Shown in pieces: positions 1 through 9,560 of a stretch of DNA of 64,000 bases. The notes below the pieces were generated by a model that saw only the letters and a program-made list of their open reading frames with translations, had not been told where the DNA came from and ran no database searches. Origin of the DNA: Candidatus Acidiferrum sp. (GTDB lineage: Bacteria; Acidobacteriota; Terriglobia; Acidiferrales; UBA7541); NCBI GenBank assembly GCA_035262705.1, contig DATFSI010000009.1:3-64002 (forward strand), written 5' to 3'. The position numbers were made by a program, and so were the translations under genes. Each line of letters opens with the position of its first letter. Within the stretch, counting starts at the first letter, position 1.

Positions 1-594
1 TTCGCGTTCTTTTTCGTTGCTCTGTTTCTGGAGCGCGGCCAGTTGATCTGCCTGTGCGGCGAGTAACGCATCCGCGGCGGCCTTTTCCGCGGAAAGCTTT
101 TGCAATGGATCGCTGTTGGAAGCAACAGCGCCGGCGAAATTCGGCGCCGGCGCCGGCGGCGCAGCGTGGTTCATGGCCCCCAAGCGATAACCGCCATAAG
201 CCGCAGCCAGCACGAGAGAGGCAGCGAGGCCTGACACGAGCAGCGGGCTCCTTACCAGCCTACTTAGATAACGAGGAACTCCACCGACTGCAGGAAGTTT
301 AGACAAATCGGGAGCGACGTTCGCGTTGGCGCGCACGCTGTCCAGCAAGCGGCGGCGGGCGCGAGCCTCATCCCAGTCGGGCTGATGCTCTTCACCAAAA
401 CTCTCTGCCAAAGCCGCCATGCCATGCGTGGCCAATACCTGATGCTCCGCCAAGAGTTCGGCGCACGATTCGCACTCCTGCAAATGAACGCGAAGCTCCG
501 ACAACTCCAGCAGGGAAAGACTCCCAGAGACGGCCAGGGCGCAGAGTTGCCGAAACCTTTCGTGATGGTCGTCTTGCATATCGTTAAAGCGCAT
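1..594 (-). CDS. Zinc-binding anti-sigma factor, N-terminal part (runs off window edge; absent from ORF track)
   Basis: Manual translation from ATG at 594: MRFNDMQDDHHERFRQLCALAVSGSLSLLELSELRVHLQECESC (HxxxCxxC ZAS motif), later a hydrophobic helix LLVSGLAASLVLAAAYGGYRLG; 198 codons open to position 1; start overlaps the sigma factor stop (584-586). Confidence 0.8.
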   Translation of the reverse strand, partial: MRFNDMQDDHHERFRQLCALAVSGSLSLLELSELRVHLQECESCAELLAEHQVLATHGMAALAESFGEEHQPDWDEARARRRLLDSVRANANVAPDLSKLPAVGGVPRYLSRLVRSPLLVSGLAASLVLAAAYGGYRLGAMNHAAPPAPAPNFAGAVASNSDPLQKLSAEKAAADALLAAQADQLAALQKQSNEKERE

Positions 595-1258
595 GTTTGC
601 TGTCCCGAAGTTTTTGCACAAAGGCACTCTTGCGGAGGCGCTCCAGGCCTCGATAGAAATGGTGCCTTGTGTTGCCGAGTGATTCCTGTTGCCGGCGGCT
701 GATTTCCCGCAGGTCCAGACCTTGGAAATAGAATAGCTCAAGAGTCGAGCGCTGGGCCCGGGGAAGTTGAGCGAAGGCCTTCAGCAACTGCTCGCGGTCG
801 AGTTTGGCGCCAATCTCGCGATCCAAGTCGGTCTCTCCAATGAGAATATCGTCGAGAGAGCCCAAGTCTGTACCAGCATAAAAGCCGCGGCGCACCAGGC
901 GGGCACGGTGGTCGAGCGCGCGATGCAGGGCGATCTGGGTCAGCCAGTTTTTGACATTGCCCTTGGTGGCGTCGAAAAGAGCCGATTTCTTGTAGAGGTA
1001 AAAAAACGATTCCTGAACCACATCCTCGGCTTCCCCGGGGTCACGCACAATCCCGCGGGCGATGCGCAACACGAGACGCGAATAGCGGTGGAAGAGACAC
1101 TCCAGGGCAGCCGCATCCCTGGACTGTACCAAAGCCATCAGTTCCTGATCGCTGGGTCCGCGCTCCTCTGCAGCCGGAGCAGTCGCACCTTCCCGCTCCT
1201 TTAGACGGTCCCACGCAATCGGAAATGTCAGGGCGCGCCCTGATGAAGTAGAACTCAT
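584..1258 (-). CDS. ECF sigma-70 factor (start uncertain: 1258 or 1270)
   Basis: Region 2 (AEDVVQESFFYLYKK..FDATKGNVKNWL) and region 4 (LPRAQRSTLELFYFQGLDLREIS..LGNTRHHFYRGLERLR). Confidence 0.9.
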   Translation of the reverse strand: MSSTSSGRALTFPIAWDRLKEREGATAPAAEERGPSDQELMALVQSRDAAALECLFHRYSRLVLRIARGIVRDPGEAEDVVQESFFYLYKKSALFDATKGNVKNWLTQIALHRALDHRARLVRRGFYAGTDLGSLDDILIGETDLDREIGAKLDREQLLKAFAQLPRAQRSTLELFYFQGLDLREISRRQQESLGNTRHHFYRGLERLRKSAFVQKLRDSKHAL

Positions 1259-1493
1259 GCTGTTCCCCATGGACCCCTGGAATAGCGCCCAACCCACGCT
1301 ACCCAAATCGCAACTCTCCCCGGCACGAGCCCGATGCACAGCAAAATACACCAGGTTACGCGAGAGGAGAAGTTATTTCGATAATACGGAACAATACGTT
1401 GAAAAGAAAATTGGGAACGGAGTTGGTACAAATAAGGGGGAGAATGCGTATTAATGAAAAGGGCCTGCCTCCCATTTCACGGAGTAATCCCCG

Positions 1494-4400
1494 CTAGAAC
1501 AAAAACTTTAATCCAAATTGAATCAAGCGCGGATTGGTGCCCTGCGCTGTGGCGGTTATGACCCCAAAATTCTGGTTGTTTGCCGTGCAACAGATGGTAT
1601 TCGGCGGTGCGAATTGCGTTCGATTAAAGATATTGAAGAATTCCGTGCGAAATTCCAAACCCAGGCGCTCATTGACGCCAAACTGAGTTCGCTTAAAGAC
1701 GGCGAAATCAAAATTGTTGATTCCCAAAGCACGCAATCGCGGGTCCACGCGCGGCTCATCGCCAAAGGTAAAGTCTGGGGGCGCGGTAAAACACGAGGTT
1801 TGAAACCATCGCAAGAGGGAGAGGTTGTTCGGGTCGCCGAGGCGTGACGTGGCGCTACCGGAAGTGCCGGGATTGCACCCCGGAACTATGTCGGGGCGCG
1901 AGCCGCCGCCAAACAGCGTAGTGCCATTGGTCTGGCCATTGGTGAAGACCAGCGGAAAACCACGCTGGAAAATCGTCACACCGTCGAATCCCCAGCCGCT
2001 TACAAATCTGTCGGCGGTTGGGCCGATGTTCGAAAGATACCTTCTGCCCTTGCCGACAGGAAGGTCCACCACATAACTGATCACCAGGCGCTGCGGCACG
2101 TCCTGCGAAGACAAGGAACGTTCTCCGCGTGGGTTGGTATTGTCTTGGATGCCGCCGACGCTGGGCTCCAGCCACGAAGTCAGTGTGTCCGTATCGCTGA
2201 TCAGTTTTGAATTGGTGTAGGCGATCTGCAAGGAGCCTGCGTTGGCGAAACGCTTGTTCACCGTAAGTTGCAATGAGTGATAGATGCTGTCGTAAGAACC
2301 CTGGCCGGCAAGCTGCACGCTGGTATATTGCGGGAACGGTCGCAGGAGTTGGCCGACAGTCGTGTTCGGCCCGGTAAGCGCCAAGGCCTGGCCGTTTATG
2401 AAAAAGGGATTGGGCGTGGGCTGCACCAGGGTTACGTTGGCGCGCGGGTCTGGAAGCAACGGATTAACCTGCGCTGCGGCCTGCGCCAGCAAGGCGTCTG
2501 AAATCTGGTTGATCTGTTGAGAGTATTGATCGAGGTGCGTTCCCTTCGATCCCACATACGCCACCGACAGGAAGAAACCCGCCGGCAATTCGCGCTGCAC
2601 ATTGAGATTCCACTGCTGGACGTAGCCGTTGGGATGATTGCTGGGCTCCACTTCGGTGATGGACTGCACAACCTGGGTCAGGAATTGTTGCGTCCCCTGC
2701 AAACCCAGGCTGCGGCCCGGCGGCTCGGATATACCTGCGGGAAACGGAAGGGCGATGGTGCTCACTGGATGAGTGCCATCGACGGTGCCGAAATACGTGG
2801 TTGCGGCGGCATTCACCATGTCGTTCAGCGGGTTCAACGCGAAGGAAGCGTAATTGGGCACCCAGAAAATCCCGTAACCGCCGCGAAGGGCGGTCCTCGG
2901 ACTCAGGCTGTAGGCAAGACCAACACGCGGCGAAACATTGCTTTTGTCGAGCGGCAGATTGTTGCGGTTAAACGGCCCAACCAAGGAGACGTCTCCTTTG
3001 ATGGGAGGCGAACCAGCCGGAAGGTACTGCGTCAGGAAGTTGGTGGCTTTCGGATCAAAGTACGTCAAGCGATCGAAACGTTCCGACCAGGGGCCCTGGA
3101 GGTCGTAGCGCAGGCCGAGATTGAGCGTAATATGTGAGGTGACGTGCCAGAAATCTCCGAAATACAGAGCGCGGTAAATCTGTTGTCCCGCGGTGAAGGC
3201 GGGCACCACCGCCTGCGCGAAGAAATGATTCACAAAGTTGTTGAAGTTGTCCGCGTAGCCCAGCAGAAAATCCGCGAAGGAAAAACCAGTGCCGGGAACC
3301 CCGGGCAGACCGGTAAAGCAAGCCTGGCCGGGGCTGCAAAAATTGAATGCGCCGCTGGCGATGTTGGACTGCGCGTAATTGTCCTGGCCGACCTCAAGTT
3401 GAAATCCAAACTGGTATTCGTGATGCCCGCGAAGCATGGAAAGGCTGGGCGCCAGGTTGTATTGCGTGTTGCGATCCTGAATGAAGCTCTGCCCCTGGGT
3501 GCACATGATGCTGTCGGCGAAATTAGCCACGCAGGGCGTCGGCGGCGTGCGCATTACCGCAGGAATCGCCAGGTTGTAGCTTTCCGGCCAGCCGATGGTA
3601 GTGAGGTTGAAGTCGGAATTCTTGGGAGTGCGATTGTAGCGGAACCTGCTGATCGCGGCGTTCATGGTGAACACCGTCGTCGGAGTGGGGTTGTAGGTGT
3701 ACCCCAGCGCAAGGGCGTTCGTGTAGTAACGTTCGGCGCAACGGTCCACGCACAATCCGGTTTGCAGCGGATCAATGGGGAGGTCGAGAACGTCCCAGTA
3801 GTTATAACGCAAGAAAAGCCGCTGCTTATCGGTGATATTGCGATCGAGGCGCGCAACCACCTGATTGTGATTGCCGCCGGTAGGCGCAACCGTGGTGAAA
3901 TTGTTGGTTGAGCCGGCTATGTTTGGTGCCGGCCACAGGTTCAGGAGTTTTTTGGACGTGTTATTCAAACGTCCTGGAGGAATCAAGTTGCTGAGAAACG
4001 GTGTCGGCGCGGCCGTGCTGCCGGGACACGCACCCTGCGCGTTGACCACGCCTCCGCAAGGGTCATAAATCTGGTCAATCACCACCGTTTTGCCGCTGGC
4101 ATCCAGGCCGCGATCGTTGCAGATGCCCGCGGTAAATCCGGTCTTGCAAATTTCAGAAAAGTCGCCGCCGGCTTCTTTCGTATCCGGGACGGTGGCGGTA
4201 AACGGCTGCCCGGTGCGTAGCCGGAATCCTTCCCAATTGAGGAACCAAAATGTTTTGTGGCGGCCCGGCAAATAGGGAACGTCCAGAGGTCCGCCGGCAT
4301 TCGCGCCGAATTGATTTTGCACCCAGGGGGGGCGGGGTTTGCCGACGGCGTTGAGGAAAAAGTCGTTAGCGTTAAAGACCCGGTTGCGGAGGTATTCGTA

Positions 4401-5243
4401 GGCTTCCCCGTGCACGGAACTCGTGCCGGACTTAGTGCTGAGGTTCGTGACGCCCCCCGAAAAGCGTCCCCATTCCGGGCCCAAATTGCTGGTTTGCACT
4501 TTAAATTCCTGAATGGAATCCTGCGTGGGAATGAGGATGGGAAGATTGATGTAGCCGATATTGAGGGGTTGGCCGTCCAAATATTCCGCACTCTGGTTTC
4601 CAAAAGAACCGTTGACCTGGTAGTTCCCCCAGCCAAATGGATTCACGCCAACGGGCGTGCCGGTGGCGCTGCCCTGAGGAACCACGGAGGGCGCGAGTTC
4701 GATCAAGTTGAAGACGTTACGGCCGTTGAGGGGCAATTCATTGGCCTTGCGCTGTTCAACGACGGTGCCGACGGTGGAGGATTCCGTGTCGAGTTGCGTG
4801 GCGCCGCCTTGCACGGTCACGCTTTCGGAGGCCGACCCGAAGGCCATTTCGAAATTAACTTCCAGCGCGTCCTGTACGTGCAGGACAAGATCCGACTTGA
4901 TGACGGTCTTGAAGCCGAGCTTTTCCACCTCGATGCGGTAGGTGCCGGGCGGCAGATTGCCAACGTAGTAGCTGCCGGTGCCGTTGGTGACGGTTTCGTA
5001 GTGGATCCGCGTGCCGGTGTTAATCACGGCCACTTTCGCAGCGGGGATCACCGCTTTGCTGGGATCGGTGATGCGGCCGGTCAGGGAGGCGTTTGAGGAC
5101 TGCGCCATCAGGTGAGCACTGGAAATTTGTAAAAGCAAAAGGATGAGGGCGGCGAGCGTCAACTTGGACCGTAAGAGTTGACGCGCACACGACACCTCCG
5201 CCGGCAGCGGCGCCTTGTTCGGACTCACCCCAACGACATCCAT
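1494..5243 (-). CDS. TonB-dependent receptor-like outer membrane protein with carboxypeptidase regulatory-like N-terminal domain
   Basis: 1249 aa; signal peptide, LTGRITDPS.AVIP.AKV domain, LPLNGRN plug motif, C-terminal NPRLIQFGLKFLF ending in Phe. Confidence 0.9.
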   Translation of the reverse strand: MDVVGVSPNKAPLPAEVSCARQLLRSKLTLAALILLLLQISSAHLMAQSSNASLTGRITDPSKAVIPAAKVAVINTGTRIHYETVTNGTGSYYVGNLPPGTYRIEVEKLGFKTVIKSDLVLHVQDALEVNFEMAFGSASESVTVQGGATQLDTESSTVGTVVEQRKANELPLNGRNVFNLIELAPSVVPQGSATGTPVGVNPFGWGNYQVNGSFGNQSAEYLDGQPLNIGYINLPILIPTQDSIQEFKVQTSNLGPEWGRFSGGVTNLSTKSGTSSVHGEAYEYLRNRVFNANDFFLNAVGKPRPPWVQNQFGANAGGPLDVPYLPGRHKTFWFLNWEGFRLRTGQPFTATVPDTKEAGGDFSEICKTGFTAGICNDRGLDASGKTVVIDQIYDPCGGVVNAQGACPGSTAAPTPFLSNLIPPGRLNNTSKKLLNLWPAPNIAGSTNNFTTVAPTGGNHNQVVARLDRNITDKQRLFLRYNYWDVLDLPIDPLQTGLCVDRCAERYYTNALALGYTYNPTPTTVFTMNAAISRFRYNRTPKNSDFNLTTIGWPESYNLAIPAVMRTPPTPCVANFADSIMCTQGQSFIQDRNTQYNLAPSLSMLRGHHEYQFGFQLEVGQDNYAQSNIASGAFNFCSPGQACFTGLPGVPGTGFSFADFLLGYADNFNNFVNHFFAQAVVPAFTAGQQIYRALYFGDFWHVTSHITLNLGLRYDLQGPWSERFDRLTYFDPKATNFLTQYLPAGSPPIKGDVSLVGPFNRNNLPLDKSNVSPRVGLAYSLSPRTALRGGYGIFWVPNYASFALNPLNDMVNAAATTYFGTVDGTHPVSTIALPFPAGISEPPGRSLGLQGTQQFLTQVVQSITEVEPSNHPNGYVQQWNLNVQRELPAGFFLSVAYVGSKGTHLDQYSQQINQISDALLAQAAAQVNPLLPDPRANVTLVQPTPNPFFINGQALALTGPNTTVGQLLRPFPQYTSVQLAGQGSYDSIYHSLQLTVNKRFANAGSLQIAYTNSKLISDTDTLTSWLEPSVGGIQDNTNPRGERSLSSQDVPQRLVISYVVDLPVGKGRRYLSNIGPTADRFVSGWGFDGVTIFQRGFPLVFTNGQTNGTTLFGGGSRPDIVPGCNPGTSGSATSRLGDPNNLSLLRWFQTSCFTAPPDFTFGDEPRVDPRLRALGINNFDFAVFKRTQFGVNERLGLEFRTEFFNIFNRTQFAPPNTICCTANNQNFGVITATAQGTNPRLIQFGLKFLF

Positions 5244-5338
5244 GGTTTCTTACCCTGAAGCAGGTAGACCAGCGCTGTCAAGGCAGAACGCCGCGACAAC
5301 GATTTCGTAGGTTGTATGAGAAGACTTCTCCGGTGAGA

Positions 5339-5806
5339 TTAGTAGTGAGTTCTGCCTTCTTTTTGCCGCCAGAGGGAAAAAATCTCCAGTGACTCTTCGC
5401 GAAGCATCTGTTGCATGGGCAGGCGGCGCGCGTCGTGTCCTCGTTTGAGCTCCTCGTAGATAAAGGCGTCGTCGAATCCCACCGCAGCGGCATCGGAGGC
5501 TACGCAGGCATAGTAAACGCGCGCTGGCCGCGCCCAATAGATAGCACCGAGGCACATGGGGCAGGGTTCGCAAGTGGTGTAGAGATCGCAGCCCGCAAGC
5601 TGGAAAACGCCAAGAGCACGGCAGGCTTCGCGGATGGCCACGACCTCAGCGTGCGCGGTCGGATCGTTGGTGGTGGTCACACGATTGACGCCCTCCGCGA
5701 CAATGCGCCCATCCTTGACGATCACTGCTGCAAACGGGCCGCCTCCGCCGGTGTGCACATTTTCCTTGCCGAGCACAATCGCGCGGCGCATGAATTCTTC
5801 GAACAT
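5339..5806 (-). CDS. guaD: Guanine deaminase (cytidine deaminase-fold, GuaD type)
   Basis: GGPFAAVIV, DPTAHAE and CEPCPMC zinc motifs; divergent from xdh and ureide genes; start taken at MFEEFMRRAI. Confidence 0.85.
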   Translation of the reverse strand: MFEEFMRRAIVLGKENVHTGGGGPFAAVIVKDGRIVAEGVNRVTTTNDPTAHAEVVAIREACRALGVFQLAGCDLYTTCEPCPMCLGAIYWARPARVYYACVASDAAAVGFDDAFIYEELKRGHDARRLPMQQMLREESLEIFSLWRQKEGRTHY

Positions 5807-5981
5807 GGCGTGATATCTCGTTTCAGGGTGCCTTGCCCTCCGGCAAATAGCAACATGGATGTGCCTATCGAGGCATGGCAAAGAAGGCTTCGATTGCCGC
5901 AACGCGGGCGGTAAGCGGAATGAGGCGAATTTGCGGCAAAGGTTGCGCTACAATCTCACAACCTCAAGGCGAAGGACCTCC

Positions 5982-8210
5982 ATGAAAGACCCGCAAATTG
6001 GGAAAGCAGTTCCTCGCAAAGAGGGGCGCGAGAAGGTGACCGGAAGCGCGCGCTATGTGGACGACCTGACGTTTCCAGGGATGATTCATGGCGTCACCGT
6101 GCGCAGCTCGATTGCGCGCGGAAGAATTCTCGGCATCCAGTTTGGCGAAGGAATTCCCTGGGACGAGTTCACGATTGTCACCGCCAAGGACATACCCGGT
6201 AAAAACTGTGTGGCTCTGCTGATTGAAGATCAGCCTTGCCTCGCCGACCAATTCGTCAATCATCCCGAAGAAGCGGTGGTTCTGCTGGCACATGCCGACA
6301 AATATCTGCTGGAAGAGGCACGGCGCGCAGTACGCATCGAAACGCAGCCATTGCCGCCGGTTTTTACCATCGAGGATTCGTTGGCGCGAAAGCAGGTGAT
6401 TTGGGTCGAGGACAATATCTTCAAGGCATATCAGGTGGAAAAAGGAAACGTAGATACGGCGTGGGAAGCCGCGGAATTCATCGTTGAGGGCGAGTACGAG
6501 ACGGGTGCACAGGAGCAACTCTACATCGAACCACAAGGCATGATTGCGCAGGCAGGCCCGGGCTCGCGCGTCACGGTGTGGGGTTCGCTGCAGTGTCCTT
6601 ACTATGTGCACAAGGCGCTGGTGCGATTGTTTGACCTGCCCAAGGAACAGGTGCGGGTGGTGCAGACGGAAACCGGCGGCGGGTTTGGCGGCAAGGAAGA
6701 GTACCCCTCGATGATCGCGGGGCACGCCGCGCTGCTGGCGTGGAAATCCGGTAAGCCGGTGAAGATTGTTTACGACCGCGCCGAGGACATGGCCGCGACC
6801 ACCAAGCGGCATCCCTCGCGTACCCGTCACCGCACGGGGATTTCGCGCGATGGAAAGCTCGTGGCCATGGAGATCGATTTCACTCTGGATGGCGGGGCTT
6901 ACGAAACGCTTTCGCCCGTAGTCTTGTCGCGAGGCACCATTCATGCGGCGGGGCCTTACTCCTGCCCCAACGTGCGCATTCGCAGCCGCGTGGTGGCCAC
7001 GAACGCTCCGCCCCATGGCGCGTTCCGCGGATTCGGCGCGCCGCAAAGTGTATTCGCCTTGGAACGCCATTTGGATCGCGTGGCCGCGGCGGTTGGGTTG
7101 ACGCCGGAAGAATTGCGCCGCCGGAATTTCATCCATGAGGGGGAAACGCTGGCGGTGAGCCAGGTGGTGCGCGAAAAGGTGCAGATGGACAAATTACTGG
7201 ACCGCGCGCTGGAGTTGAGCGGGTATCACGAAAAACGCAAGCGGTTTGCGACCGAGAATGCGCGCGGCCCAATCAAGCTGGGTATTGGCTTTGCCTCTTT
7301 CCTTCATGGAGCGGGATTCACGGGTTCGGGCGAGGAGTATCTGGCGTCTGAAGCATTGGTAACGGCGACGAGAGAAGGAAAAGTACACGTGCTGGCGGGC
7401 AGCACCGAGATGGGCCAAGGCACGAATACTATCTTTGCCCAAATCGCTGCCGACGCGCTGGGCCTAGATTGCCAGCAGATTGAGATCCTCCAGCCGGATA
7501 CGGCGCTGGTGCCCAACAGCGGGCCGACTGTCGCTTCGCGCACTACGATGATTGTCGGAAAGCTGGTGGAATCCGCGGCGTTAAGCATTCGCAAAACACT
7601 GCAAGATGCCGGTCTATTGAAGGCCGAGTACGGCTCGAAAGAATTCCAGGATGCGTGTTGTCGATACATCGAAAAGTTTGGCGCGCTGCAATCCTTGGTG
7701 AAATACCAGCACCCGCAGGACCTGCACTGGGACGATGGAACGTATCAGGGCGACGCTTATGGAGCGTACGCCTGGGCGGTTTATGTAGCGGAAGTTTCCG
7801 TGGACACGCGGACGGCGGAAGCACGCGTGGAAGATTTTGTGGCCGTGCAGGAAGTGGGGAAAGTGATTCATCCCGTGCTGGCTGCGGGACAAATTGAAGG
7901 TGGGGTGGCCCAGGGCATCGGCTTTGCGCTTTACGAAAATATCGTGTGGCAGGAAGGGCGCATGGCGAACGGCCAGATGACCAACTACATCATGCCCACT
8001 TCCATGGATGTGCCGAACATTCGCGTGTATTTCGAGGAGATTCCTTACGCGCGAGGCCCGGCTGGCGCAAAAGGTATCGGCGAACTGCCGCTGGACGGAA
8101 CCGCGCCGGCGATTGCCAACGCCATCGCGCATGCCACGGGAGCCGATGTGCGGGCAGTTCCGATGACGCCGGAAAAACTGATGGAATTGCTGGAGAGCGT
8201 GCATGCCTGA
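5982..8210 (+). CDS. Xanthine dehydrogenase molybdopterin-binding subunit
   Basis: GGGFGGK, AFRGFG, GPTVASR and KGIGE motifs; purine catabolism context; start at MKDPQIGK. Confidence 0.9.
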   Translation: MKDPQIGKAVPRKEGREKVTGSARYVDDLTFPGMIHGVTVRSSIARGRILGIQFGEGIPWDEFTIVTAKDIPGKNCVALLIEDQPCLADQFVNHPEEAVVLLAHADKYLLEEARRAVRIETQPLPPVFTIEDSLARKQVIWVEDNIFKAYQVEKGNVDTAWEAAEFIVEGEYETGAQEQLYIEPQGMIAQAGPGSRVTVWGSLQCPYYVHKALVRLFDLPKEQVRVVQTETGGGFGGKEEYPSMIAGHAALLAWKSGKPVKIVYDRAEDMAATTKRHPSRTRHRTGISRDGKLVAMEIDFTLDGGAYETLSPVVLSRGTIHAAGPYSCPNVRIRSRVVATNAPPHGAFRGFGAPQSVFALERHLDRVAAAVGLTPEELRRRNFIHEGETLAVSQVVREKVQMDKLLDRALELSGYHEKRKRFATENARGPIKLGIGFASFLHGAGFTGSGEEYLASEALVTATREGKVHVLAGSTEMGQGTNTIFAQIAADALGLDCQQIEILQPDTALVPNSGPTVASRTTMIVGKLVESAALSIRKTLQDAGLLKAEYGSKEFQDACCRYIEKFGALQSLVKYQHPQDLHWDDGTYQGDAYGAYAWAVYVAEVSVDTRTAEARVEDFVAVQEVGKVIHPVLAAGQIEGGVAQGIGFALYENIVWQEGRMANGQMTNYIMPTSMDVPNIRVYFEEIPYARGPAGAKGIGELPLDGTAPAIANAIAHATGADVRAVPMTPEKLMELLESVHA

Positions 8211-8694
8211 GGCGCTGCGCAGGATCCGCGTGCAATGCGTGATCAACGGCAAAGGGGTCTCGCTCGAAGCGTATCCCATGGCGCGATTGCTGGATGTGCT
8301 GCGGGAGGAAGCCGGGCTGACCGGCACAAAAGAAGGATGCGGTGAAGGCGAATGCGGCGCGTGCTCAATTGAGATGGACGGCGTGTTGGTGAATAGTTGC
8401 CTGGTTCCCGTGCTGCAGGCGGAAGGCGCAGTGATTCGAACGATTGAAGGCATGGCGGGCGCAGGGCAGCTGAGCGCGGTGCAGCAGGCGTTTCTCGCGC
8501 ACGGCGGGGCGCAATGCGGTATTTGCACGCCGGGCATGATTTTGGCGGCGGTGAACCTGCTTTCGCGCAACGCGCAGCCAACGGAGAGCGAAATCCGTGA
8601 AGGCTTGTCGGGCAATCTTTGCCGCTGCACGGGGTATACGAAGATTTTTGAATCGGTGATGGAAGCCTGCCGTTTGCTGGAGGTGGGCAAATGA
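8203..8694 (+). CDS. Xanthine dehydrogenase (2Fe-2S) subunit
   Basis: GTKEGCGEGECGACS and QCGICTPG...GNLCRCTGY motifs; overlaps the previous stop. Confidence 0.93.
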   Translation: MPEALRRIRVQCVINGKGVSLEAYPMARLLDVLREEAGLTGTKEGCGEGECGACSIEMDGVLVNSCLVPVLQAEGAVIRTIEGMAGAGQLSAVQQAFLAHGGAQCGICTPGMILAAVNLLSRNAQPTESEIREGLSGNLCRCTGYTKIFESVMEACRLLEVGK

Positions 8695-9554
8695 GGTCCT
8701 TCGTTCCGCAATATCGAATGGAGACACCGCGGAATCTTGCGGACGCGCTTGCGCGCATGGCGCGCGAGCCCGGCGTGTGGAGGCCCTTCGCCGGGGGAAC
8801 GGATTTGATGGTCTTGCTGGAAGCGGGGAAATTGCCGCACCGACAATTTTTGAGCATCTGGAAATTGCCCGAGCTGCGCGGGATTGCAGTGACCCCTGAA
8901 TTCGTAACGCTAGGGGCGTTGACGACTTACTCGGAAGTGCGGTGGCACGAGGTACTGCGGCGCGAATTTCCGTTGTTATGCCGTGCCGCGGCGGAAACCG
9001 GCAGCATTGCCACGCAGAACCGCGGCACGCTGGGCGGCAATATCGCGAATGCTTCGCCGGCGGCGGATTCGCCTCCGGCCTTGCTCGTTTACGACGCGGA
9101 ACTCGAGCTGGTCTCTGCGCGCGACGAGCGTTGGGTGGCGTTTCACGGCTTCTGGAAAGGCTATAAGAAACTTGAGATGCGCGACGACGAGTTGATTCGG
9201 CGTATTCGTTTACCGCGAAACAAAAACGGCTGGACGCAATTTTACCGTAAGGTGGGCTCGCGCCACGCGCAGGCTATTTCGAAAGTTTGCCTGGCGGGCA
9301 CGGCATTGCAAGAGTCCGGAAGCATCGCGGATGTGCGGATCGCGCTGGGCAGCGTGGCGCCGATCGTTTTGAGAGCGACCGAAACGGAAAAGATCTTACG
9401 CGGGCAAAAACTGACGGCGCAGATCGCTCACACAGCCGAAAAAGCACTGGCGCGGGAAATCACGCCTATAGACGACATTCGTTCGACCGCGCATTACCGG
9501 TTGCGCGTGGCACAAAATCTTCTCTGGGAATTCTGCGAGGTACTGGCCAGTTAG
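8691..9554 (+). CDS. Xanthine dehydrogenase FAD-binding subunit
   Basis: AGGTDL, QNRGTLGGNIANASPAADS motifs; ATGA overlap with the Fe-S subunit. Confidence 0.93.
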   Translation: MRSFVPQYRMETPRNLADALARMAREPGVWRPFAGGTDLMVLLEAGKLPHRQFLSIWKLPELRGIAVTPEFVTLGALTTYSEVRWHEVLRREFPLLCRAAAETGSIATQNRGTLGGNIANASPAADSPPALLVYDAELELVSARDERWVAFHGFWKGYKKLEMRDDELIRRIRLPRNKNGWTQFYRKVGSRHAQAISKVCLAGTALQESGSIADVRIALGSVAPIVLRATETEKILRGQKLTAQIAHTAEKALAREITPIDDIRSTAHYRLRVAQNLLWEFCEVLAS

Positions 9555-9560
9555 CGGAAG

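Noticed and set aside
5982-9554. Selenium-dependent xanthine dehydrogenase, given the probable selenoprotein nearby
   Set aside because: No yqeB/yqeC/selD in the window and no sequence feature supports it.
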